DNA of 39,579 bases from a virus, in IMG/VR virus record IMGVR_UViG_3300005326_000030; one strand, written 5' to 3'. Under the pieces are notes generated by a model. It worked only from the letters and a program-made list of their open reading frames with translations, was not told where the DNA came from and made no database searches. The position numbers and the translations under genes are program-made. Below, piece after piece: positions 33,353-39,579 of this stretch. The stretch's first letter is position 1. Every line of letters begins with the position of its first letter.

Positions 33353-33755
33353 TAGTTGTCTCTAAACCAACTAAACCTTTTAACCCAGTCAATTTTACTT
33401 CTGCTTTATCTGTTAATTTACCTCTCACTTTATATCCTAATTCAGTTGCTTTCATCCTTGTTTGCCAATCAGGAACATCTACAAAATCAGTAGTTCCACC
33501 ACTCGCTTGTCTACCATTTACTACACTAATTGTTCTATTTGCTTCAAATGCTTCTTTATGTGTTTCTAACACTAAACTTTCAGGAATATATTTATCTAAT
33601 AAAACACCCCAACTCTTACTTTCTGTTACATTTTTAGGGTTATCTGCGGTGTTATCTGAATAACCCTCTTCTCTCATTATTTGTCCTAAGGGTTTTCCAA
33701 GATTTTCCAAGGATTTTTCAAACACTTTTTTAATACGTGGTTTTACTCCTTTCAT
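33336..33755 (-). CDS. terS: Terminase small subunit (putative)
   Basis: Lies immediately upstream of TerL and overlaps it. Basic N-terminus, about 140 aa. Confidence 0.5.
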   Translation of the reverse strand: MKGVKPRIKKVFEKSLENLGKPLGQIMREEGYSDNTADNPKNVTESKSWGVLLDKYIPESLVLETHKEAFEANRTISVVNGRQASGGTTDFVDVPDWQTRMKATELGYKVRGKLTDKAEVKLTGLKGLVGLETTNEKET

Positions 33756-33762
33756 TAGCAGT

Positions 33763-33771
33763 ATTATACCA
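33763..33771 (-). promoter_or_regulatory. Extended -10 (TGGTATAAT) 7 nt upstream of the terS ATG
   Basis: Minus strand reads TGGTATAAT-ACTGCTA-ATG. No SD can fit in that spacing. Confidence 0.45.
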
Positions 33772-33778
33772 CCACTGC

Positions 33779-34000
33779 TTAATAACTTCTTCTACCACTT
33801 GGTTCGTCAATACTTATAATTGGACCAAATTTTAGTTTTTCACAATGATTACATCGTCTTAACATTCCATACTCATTTACTTTTGCCGGATTCTTTTCAC
33901 ATATAAGACATAGAACAATACCTTTACTATTTACTTTAGCTCTACTTATTTCTGATTCGTTTAAATCTTTAATTGTTGGCATATTTGAATATAAATCCAT
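33779..34000 (-). CDS. Small zinc-ribbon protein
   Basis: CLICEKN...CNHCEK. The start may instead be M7 at 33982. Confidence 0.45.
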   Translation of the reverse strand: MDLYSNMPTIKDLNESEISRAKVNSKGIVLCLICEKNPAKVNEYGMLRRCNHCEKLKFGPIISIDEPSGRRSY

Positions 34001-34238
34001 GAGTAGATTGTCTTCTACCTATTAAAACTCTACTAATCATATCAGATCTTATAAATAAACATCTTGAAGCTTCGTTAATACTATCCCAAATAGTTAATTC
34101 GTTTCCTTGTAAATCTAATTGTTTAATTCTTTTTCTTAAACTAATTTCTTTCTTTCTTCTATTAGCCTCACATTTCTTACATAGTTTTATATTTCCATTA
34201 CTAACTTTCTTTTTACATTTAGAACATTGATATGTCAT
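33969..34238 (-). CDS. Zinc-ribbon plus NUMOD1/IENR1-like DNA-binding protein
   Basis: CSKCKKK..CKKCE, then WDSINEASRCLFIRSDMISRVLIGRRQSTHGFIFKY. The second segment is the motif of homing-endonuclease DNA-binding modules. Confidence 0.5.
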   Translation of the reverse strand: MTYQCSKCKKKVSNGNIKLCKKCEANRRKKEISLRKRIKQLDLQGNELTIWDSINEASRCLFIRSDMISRVLIGRRQSTHGFIFKYANN

Positions 34239-34317
34239 CTACAAGTAAAAATAAATAACCATGCCGGACTAGTTACTATTATTCCTAATATAATTTCTAA
34301 AAAATAGATTAGTTTAT

Positions 34318-34515
34318 TCATAGTGTTTTATCTGCATTAACAGCTACTAGATAATTACCATCTTTCGAATTTTTATGTCTTCTAATATTAGCTGGAGTTG
34401 AATAAAATATTATTGTTTTTCTTTTAATATTAAATTGTTTAGCTAGTTCAGTGGCAGTACCCATACCTATTATATTTTCTCCCTTATATAAGAAATAATA
34501 TGTTTCACTTTTCAT
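34318..34515 (-). CDS. Small HTH protein, 65 aa
   Basis: GTATELAKQFNIKRKTIIFY is HTH-like. Confidence 0.45.
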   Translation of the reverse strand: MKSETYYFLYKGENIIGMGTATELAKQFNIKRKTIIFYSTPANIRRHKNSKDGNYLVAVNADKTL

Positions 34516-34607
34516 ATAAATCTACAAAACTTAAATACTAATACCCAAATAGCACAAAATAATATTAATCCAGTAATAGTTTGTAAACAATGATTTAGTC
34601 TATTCAT
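34512..34607 (-). CDS. Micro-ORF, 31 aa, hydrophobic
   Basis: Hand translation gives MNRLNHCLQTITGLILFCAIWVLVFKFCRFI. Its start overlaps the upstream TAG stop by 8 nt and its stop overlaps the next start as ATGA. Confidence 0.35.
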   Translation of the reverse strand: MNRLNHCLQTITGLILFCAIWVLVFKFCRFI

Positions 34608-34947
34608 CTTTATTATTAAGTAAATTAAATAACTCCTTGTTTAATTTCTCTGGGTCTATCACATCAAAATCTCCAGTAGGCGATTGAACTTGAACCCAAC
34701 AACTTCTAATAATTAAACTGACATCACCTAATAGTTCTGTTCTTTGTTGGGTAAGGATTTTTCTTTTAATATACTTTCTATTAATTAATTCATAAGCACT
34801 AATAGCATCATAACTATCATCAGCACCATGATAAGCTACACTTTTTAGAATATCCATTAATTCTTTATCTTCTACTATTGGTGGTTTATAGTTTGGATTA
34901 ACTTTTTCTTCTTTCTCCCAATGTAATTCTTTAGGTTTTTGTTTCAT
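34600..34947 (-). CDS. Hypothetical protein, 115 aa
   Basis: ORF in the early array. Confidence 0.55.
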   Translation of the reverse strand: MKQKPKELHWEKEEKVNPNYKPPIVEDKELMDILKSVAYHGADDSYDAISAYELINRKYIKRKILTQQRTELLGDVSLIIRSCWVQVQSPTGDFDVIDPEKLNKELFNLLNNKDE

Positions 34948-35041
34948 AATTGTTTTCCATATCTTAATATTAGATATAGTCTATAAATTTTCAACCATAT
35001 CTGTTCCCATAATGGTTGTGTTTTTTTATAATCTGAATATT

Positions 35042-35299
35042 TCATTTCATTTTTCCTTTTGATTGAATGGATAAAAGTTTTTTTTCTGGAATATCCCATA
35101 TTTTAGTTTGAGCATTATATTCAACATTTCTTAAAACTTCTTTAATTCCAGACTTATATGCTTTTTGTATTTGGTCAGCAAATAAAGTCTTTAATTTACT
35201 ATTCCACACCTTACTTTCTGCTTCGCTACAGTCCATTTCAAAAGTAATTTTATCTATTTCTTTCACCGCTTCTGATTGTAATTTTGATAGGGTTTTCAT
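35042..35299 (-). CDS. Hypothetical protein, 85 aa
   Basis: ORF in the early array. Confidence 0.5.
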   Translation of the reverse strand: MKTLSKLQSEAVKEIDKITFEMDCSEAESKVWNSKLKTLFADQIQKAYKSGIKEVLRNVEYNAQTKIWDIPEKKLLSIQSKGKMK

Positions 35300-35454
35300 A
35301 ATTCTATATTAATTTTTGCATTAAGAAATTTTTTAGTAAAAAGAATTTGAATAACACACCATAAAAACCATAGTCTATTTTTAAGTGGTAGTCTATTAAC
35401 TTTAATTTCTATTTTCTTTTCTTTATCTTTTGTCATATTAGATTTTGTTTTCAT
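35296..35454 (-). CDS. Small ORF, 52 aa, with a hydrophobic segment
   Basis: Hand translation gives MKTKSNMTKDKEKKIEIKVNRLPLKNRLWFLWCVIQILF... ATGA overlap with the next gene. Confidence 0.35.
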   Translation of the reverse strand: MKTKSNMTKDKEKKIEIKVNRLPLKNRLWFLWCVIQILFTKKFLNAKINIEL

Positions 35455-35462
35455 ATGGATTG

Positions 35463-35768
35463 TCATTTTGTTTTAATTACAGTTCTAATAATAAATTGGT
35501 TTAGGATTTTTCCATATCTCTTAAAAACATAGGTGTCTAAATCTAACTTATGGTCAACTTCTAGACTATAACCAAATAAATTATTTAGAATACTAAATCT
35601 AAAACGCTTGATTAACTGTAACTGCCATTTAGGAATAAATGGAATAATTTGACTGTCAATCAATCTTGCCTTTTGAGTAGCAATATTATTAACTCTTGAA
35701 TACAAACTATTTCTAAATTTAAAAGTCTTAAACTTTATCTCTCTATTATCTTGTTTAATGTTTTTCAT
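35463..35768 (-). CDS. Hypothetical protein, 101 aa
   Basis: ORF in the early array. Confidence 0.5.
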   Translation of the reverse strand: MKNIKQDNREIKFKTFKFRNSLYSRVNNIATQKARLIDSQIIPFIPKWQLQLIKRFRFSILNNLFGYSLEVDHKLDLDTYVFKRYGKILNQFIIRTVIKTK

Positions 35769-35950
35769 AATTCTTTTTTGTCTTCAATTTTAATCCATTG
35801 ATTTTTCTCTACATCAAAATAAGTTCCATCAATAGTGTTAATAATTCCTTCACACTCACCATTTTTGAAATCAATCAATTCTTTTGATGTAATAGTATCA
35901 GTCTGGTAAGTTCCATAGATTATATTTTTTATTATTAAGTATTTTTTCAT
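35765..35950 (-). CDS. Hypothetical protein, 61 aa
   Basis: ORF with ATGA coupling. Confidence 0.45.
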   Translation of the reverse strand: MKKYLIIKNIIYGTYQTDTITSKELIDFKNGECEGIINTIDGTYFDVEKNQWIKIEDKKEL

Positions 35951-35974
35951 ATCTTTTTATTTAATTTATAATAT

Positions 35975-36211
35975 TTATTTGGTTAAATTAGTTCTACAAT
36001 TACCATTTGCTCTAATAAAGTCTAAATCCCTGTGGTAAGCCATAACAGCACTATTCCAAGACAATAACTCTATGTCTTTTTTAGACAACCCAAGTTCATT
36101 TTCTTGATTATCCATAGTTATTGCTGATGTTATCTGATTGTGTAGCCAGTCAAATAAGACTTTATTAATTTGTATCTTTTTTCCCTCTACTTTTATATTT
36201 GGGTATTTCAT
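35975..36211 (-). CDS. Hypothetical protein, 78 aa
   Basis: ORF in the early array. Confidence 0.5.
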   Translation of the reverse strand: MKYPNIKVEGKKIQINKVLFDWLHNQITSAITMDNQENELGLSKKDIELLSWNSAVMAYHRDLDFIRANGNCRTNLTK

Positions 36212-36690
36212 TTTAATCTCCTTGTTTTAATTAATAATTTATTAGATTGTCTAAGTTGGGTTAGTTTTTGTCGGTCAATTCTTTCTACAATTACAGCGTG
36301 AATTCCGTCAGTATCTTTATAAATGCAATCTTCTACTCTATCTAATATTTCTTTTACTATCTCTTGGTTGGATTGGGCAAGTAATCTATTTATAAAAAAT
36401 ATTCCCATTGATTTAACTTTTAAATAGATAGCATTATCTTCATAATTATTATTGTTTAAATTTAGATTAAGTAATTCTTTCCAGTCTTTCTCCCAGTCTT
36501 TTATATTAATTTTATCTATGACTTTCTTTTTCATTTCTTCTGTCATTGGTCTAGGTTTATTAATTATCTCCCAATAACTCCAATTAGTTTTATAACAATT
36601 AACATAGTCACACTCACCTTTTCCAAAGTGTTGGCAACTTTCACATTGTTTATCTTTTATATTCATAGTTGGTTTAATGGTTTTTGGCAT
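36208..36690 (-). CDS. Hypothetical Cys-cluster protein, 160 aa
   Basis: N-terminal CESCQHFGKGECDYVNC. Confidence 0.5.
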   Translation of the reverse strand: MPKTIKPTMNIKDKQCESCQHFGKGECDYVNCYKTNWSYWEIINKPRPMTEEMKKKVIDKINIKDWEKDWKELLNLNLNNNNYEDNAIYLKVKSMGIFFINRLLAQSNQEIVKEILDRVEDCIYKDTDGIHAVIVERIDRQKLTQLRQSNKLLIKTRRLK

Positions 36691-36692
36691 AG

Positions 36693-36854
36693 TTATTTAT
36701 TAATAGTTTTAAATTTACAATCATCTATAATAAATATCTTATTTTTAGGACAAGATTTTCTAGCAATTAACTTCTTACCATAAAAATTAAACTGGTCTCC
36801 TTCTTTAATTTCAGGATTTGGAAATGGTTGTATATTTGGTATATTAATTTTCAT
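36693..36854 (-). CDS. Small ORF, 53 aa
   Basis: Hand translation gives MKINIPNIQPFPNPEIKEGDQFNFYGKKLIARKSCPKNK... It fills a gap. Confidence 0.35.
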   Translation of the reverse strand: MKINIPNIQPFPNPEIKEGDQFNFYGKKLIARKSCPKNKIFIIDDCKFKTINK

Positions 36855-37104
36855 TTTTAAATGATTTAAGTTGTTTTTTAATAATAGATAGTTGTTCTCT
36901 TTGTTTTTTCATTAATTCATTATTTGATTCAGCACACATAGCTGGCATACTTTCATACTCACTGAAGTCTTCATAATCTCCAATTACAGTATTGTCTATT
37001 TCTTCTAATAACATTTCTAATATTTTATCTACAGTATTTTCAATATCATCAATTAAACTGCCTTTACCAAATTTTTTTTCAAAATATGGTTTATAGTTTT
37101 TCAT
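36844..37104 (-). CDS. Hypothetical acidic protein, 86 aa
   Basis: ORF in the early array. Confidence 0.5.
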   Translation of the reverse strand: MKNYKPYFEKKFGKGSLIDDIENTVDKILEMLLEEIDNTVIGDYEDFSEYESMPAMCAESNNELMKKQREQLSIIKKQLKSFKNEN

Positions 37105-37727
37105 TTCCTCTCCTTTAAACTAATAAGTAATTGTTTATTAAAGTCTAGGATTTCGTTTATTTTTTCTTGAAAGATTAAAAGATTTCTTGAATCACACTTA
37201 ATAACTTCTTCATTAAAAACATTATATTTAGTTTCTAAATTATGATAATCACTACCTTTTTTAATTAGTTTTATCTCTTTAATCTCTGTAGATTTCTTTT
37301 TAGGAGTAGATTTGGCTAATAGGTCTTGTCTAAATAATTCTAATTTTTCTTTTAATTTACGATCCTTACAATTTAACATTAAAATACCTAATTCTAACCA
37401 AAGGTTAGATCTATTATTTTTCCATTTCTTTACTTCTTTCTTAGGAATTTGAAATCTATCTAAATAACTTCTATTACCACAAGTACAAAGTCTTTTACCA
37501 CATTTAAGACATTTACAGTCTTTACCTAAATCAAAAGGTTCAGTTTTAGGAGTAATTAGTTGGAGTTTGTCATCTTTTAAAGAAAAAATATAATTATTCT
37601 CATCATTAAAATTATTATTATTTAATATTTTTTTAACAGTTACAACTCTACCATTCATAAAATTATCCATACAATCTTTTATTACTCTATACTGTTGTCC
37701 TACTTTAAGTGTTTGTTTTGATTTCAT
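37101..37727 (-). CDS. Hypothetical zinc-finger-like protein, 208 aa
   Basis: CKCLKCGKRLCTCGN cluster with a basic C-terminal half. Confidence 0.5.
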   Translation of the reverse strand: MKSKQTLKVGQQYRVIKDCMDNFMNGRVVTVKKILNNNNFNDENNYIFSLKDDKLQLITPKTEPFDLGKDCKCLKCGKRLCTCGNRSYLDRFQIPKKEVKKWKNNRSNLWLELGILMLNCKDRKLKEKLELFRQDLLAKSTPKKKSTEIKEIKLIKKGSDYHNLETKYNVFNEEVIKCDSRNLLIFQEKINEILDFNKQLLISLKERK

Positions 37728-38047
37728 AATTTAATATACCACTTTACTAATTTAATGTCAATGGATAACTGTTTATTTCTAAAATATGCAGGAATATCTA
37801 ATATTTTATTTTCCTTATTAGTATCCTTTAAGAACTTAATAACATCATCTTTGTAAAAGACTGGTGAATCTAATCTTGTAGGTTTTAGTTTAATAGGTTG
37901 AGAGAACTTATGGTTTTTACCTCCTACTTGTACTCTAACTCCTTTTATCCAGTTAAAGACTGTTTTAGGACTTATATGGAGACATTTAATAAGATCATCT
38001 GTTGTTAGATATTCTTTGTCTAGTATGTTTTGTAGTTTATTTTTCAT
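37724..38047 (-). CDS. HTH (excisionase/MerR-type) DNA-binding protein
   Basis: YLTTDDLIKCLHISPKTVFNWIKG. Confidence 0.5.
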   Translation of the reverse strand: MKNKLQNILDKEYLTTDDLIKCLHISPKTVFNWIKGVRVQVGGKNHKFSQPIKLKPTRLDSPVFYKDDVIKFLKDTNKENKILDIPAYFRNKQLSIDIKLVKWYIKL

Positions 38048-38334
38048 AATTTTATTCTTATATTTTTAACTTCACACTCAGGACTTCTATATTTTTCAAT
38101 TTGATAAGCATATTTATAACCTAATTTATTCTCTGAATAATAACCACTATTTTCTACTTCATTTTGACATACAAACCAACAATGTTCTTTCCAATAATTT
38201 ATATTCCAATGTAATTTAGCATTGTCTATATAAATTCCATTTATTGTACAAGTAATAGGTAATCCTTCTATTTTAGGGAAAAATTTAGGTTTATTATTAT
38301 AAATTAGTTTAATAATATTAATTATTTGTTTCAT
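38044..38334 (-). CDS. Hypothetical protein, 96 aa
   Basis: ORF in the early array. Confidence 0.5.
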   Translation of the reverse strand: MKQIINIIKLIYNNKPKFFPKIEGLPITCTINGIYIDNAKLHWNINYWKEHCWFVCQNEVENSGYYSENKLGYKYAYQIEKYRSPECEVKNIRIKL

Positions 38335-38363
38335 ATATGTTTATATAAATCTTGGTGGGGTGA

Positions 38364-38984
38364 TTAAAAAATATCTTGTTCGTTTCCACTTAAAGGATTA
38401 AAATTTTCTTCTACTTTATCCGGAATAATTGTACCTAACCAACATTTAGCAGAACAGTATTTTTTACCTTGCATTGACAACTTCATATCAGCCCCGCATT
38501 TAACACATTTTCCTAAACTAGTATCAGTAGTAGTTTTTACTGGAATTGTCTGTTTTACGGGCTGTAGTGAAGTAATTTTATTATCCATATTAGTTGTATC
38601 GCTGTCTTTTGTGTCATCAATAGCAAAAAGTCCATTTAGGGCATATTTTCTAGCATAAGATGAACTAGCACCTGTTATCTGACTACCATCCATTCCTTTT
38701 TTGTCTAATTCTTCTCTAGCATAAGCAATTCCGTTTATTGAATTTCCTTCTATATTACTTAAAGTAGCAGTTGATTTAACGTAATATCTTTCTCCAATTA
38801 AAACTATTTCATCGTTTAATTGAATAGTGCAACCTTCTTCACATAATAATGGTTTAAGAGCATCTAAAATATCTTCACAACTACGATAATTATAATTTCC
38901 AAAATTATTTCTTTGATTTTTAGGAACATTTAATTCTTGTTGTATTTTATAAAGTTTTTGTAATATTGGATTTATATCTGTCAT
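38364..38984 (-). CDS. erf: ERF-family single-strand annealing protein with a C-terminal zinc ribbon
   Basis: FGNYNYRSCEDILDALKPLL..., GASSSYARKYALNGLFAIDDTKDSD (ERF signature), then CVKCG...CSAKC. Confidence 0.7.
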   Translation of the reverse strand: MTDINPILQKLYKIQQELNVPKNQRNNFGNYNYRSCEDILDALKPLLCEEGCTIQLNDEIVLIGERYYVKSTATLSNIEGNSINGIAYAREELDKKGMDGSQITGASSSYARKYALNGLFAIDDTKDSDTTNMDNKITSLQPVKQTIPVKTTTDTSLGKCVKCGADMKLSMQGKKYCSAKCWLGTIIPDKVEENFNPLSGNEQDIF

Positions 38985-38986
38985 AA

Positions 38987-39376
38987 TTATTTTTTATATG
39001 CAAATGCTAATGTAATCTTTGTTTGTTTAACTGCTTTTCCAGTGTCAATCTCATTTTGTTTAGCAATATCTATTTCTTCTTTTAAAGGTTTGGAATATTC
39101 ATCAATCTTTTTAATAAATGGTTCTGAAAATTCTTTAATTTTCTTTTGAATATCTACTCCTAATTCGGCAATATTAGTAGAAAAAGAATAACTATCAGAA
39201 ATCTTTTTAGTAAAGTTACCAAATTCACTTTTATAAGTAGATTTATCTAATACAGATGCAGGTAAATTTTGAAGTTCTTTTAAAACTTGCTCTTTTAATT
39301 TTTCTTCTTCAATACTTAGACTATCTAATTGATGTCTAACTTCATAATATTGTTCAAAAACTGTTTTTTGTGTCAT
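38987..39376 (-). CDS. Coiled-coil protein upstream of erf, 129 aa
   Basis: ORF only. Its position resembles accessory genes of ERF modules, but no motif was recognised. Confidence 0.5.
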   Translation of the reverse strand: MTQKTVFEQYYEVRHQLDSLSIEEEKLKEQVLKELQNLPASVLDKSTYKSEFGNFTKKISDSYSFSTNIAELGVDIQKKIKEFSEPFIKKIDEYSKPLKEEIDIAKQNEIDTGKAVKQTKITLAFAYKK

Positions 39377-39384
39377 TTTTATTT

Positions 39385-39564
39385 TTAATTATTAATTTGT
39401 TTATTTTCTAAATGTTTAAGTTGATGTTGTAGTTTAAAAATTGCAACTGATAAATAGGCACTTTTTGATTTGTCAAAAAAATCTGAAGATAATGCCATAT
39501 TTCTATCATAAATTTCTTGACAGGCTTTAGTAACTTCTATTATTTCTTTTTTTGTTAATTTCAT
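39385..39564 (-). CDS. Junction-spanning hypothetical ORF, 59 aa
   Basis: Hand translation gives MKLTKKEIIEVTKACQEIYDRNMALSSDFFDKSKSAYLSVAIFKLQHQLKHLENKQINN. Its first 108 nt are also present at 1..108. Confidence 0.45.
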   Translation of the reverse strand: MKLTKKEIIEVTKACQEIYDRNMALSSDFFDKSKSAYLSVAIFKLQHQLKHLENKQINN

Positions 39565-39579
39565 AATTAGAATTTATAA
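39457..39579. repeat. Terminal direct repeat copy 2, identical to 1..123
   Basis: Base-for-base identity with 1-123. Confidence 0.95.

Noticed and set aside
1-39579. Alternative genetic code (stop-codon reassignment), CRISPR array, integrase or attachment site, rRNA.
   Set aside because: ORFs up to 1512 aa are intact in the standard code and coding density is near complete. No spaced-repeat array, recombinase motif or rRNA-like sequence was seen.

Overview
The window is one complete, AT-rich, tailed dsDNA phage genome. Bases 1-123 are identical to 39457-39579, so the contig closes on itself and the unique length is 39,456 bp. About 37 kb is transcribed in one direction on the minus strand. 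In transcription order this run carries replication and recombination genes (replisome-organizer-like protein, DnaJ-type zinc-finger protein, ERF annealing protein), then about 20 small early ORFs, then TerS, TerL, portal, scaffold and major capsid. Next come a five-gene sugar-modification island, fibre and glycine-rich proteins, internal virion proteins of 432 aa and 1512 aa, adaptor-like and nozzle-like proteins, a lysis cassette (XhlA-like, CHAP lysin, holin) and a metallophosphoesterase. No tail tube, sheath or tape-measure set is visible, so the layout is podovirus-like. Only 2757-4463 is coded on the plus strand: a membrane-anchored lytic transglycosylase, an HTH protein and a NinG/Rap-like protein. 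This block follows a sigma70-type promoter and a roughly 415-nt structured leader that contains a tRNA-like fold. No polymerase, integrase, CRISPR array or canonical tRNA was found. Extended -10 promoters (TGnTATAAT), AGGAGG ribosome-binding sites, intrinsic terminators, CHAP/XhlA lysis genes and collagen-like fibres suggest a low-GC Gram-positive-like host; that is an inference. The most unusual items are: (1) a four-copy cassette of promoter, TAGTAAA and a covarying double hairpin with a U-run in front of late operons, plus tandem terminators after the first early gene, which suggests antitermination control; (2) the sugar island with a minimal split transketolase pair inside the structural module, plus a decayed GT2 remnant; (3) the tRNA-like element; (4) an HNH-type motif inside the 1512-aa virion protein; and (5) a fibre-like gene that appears to start at ATT. 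All functional calls come from reading motifs by eye. No database search was possible.
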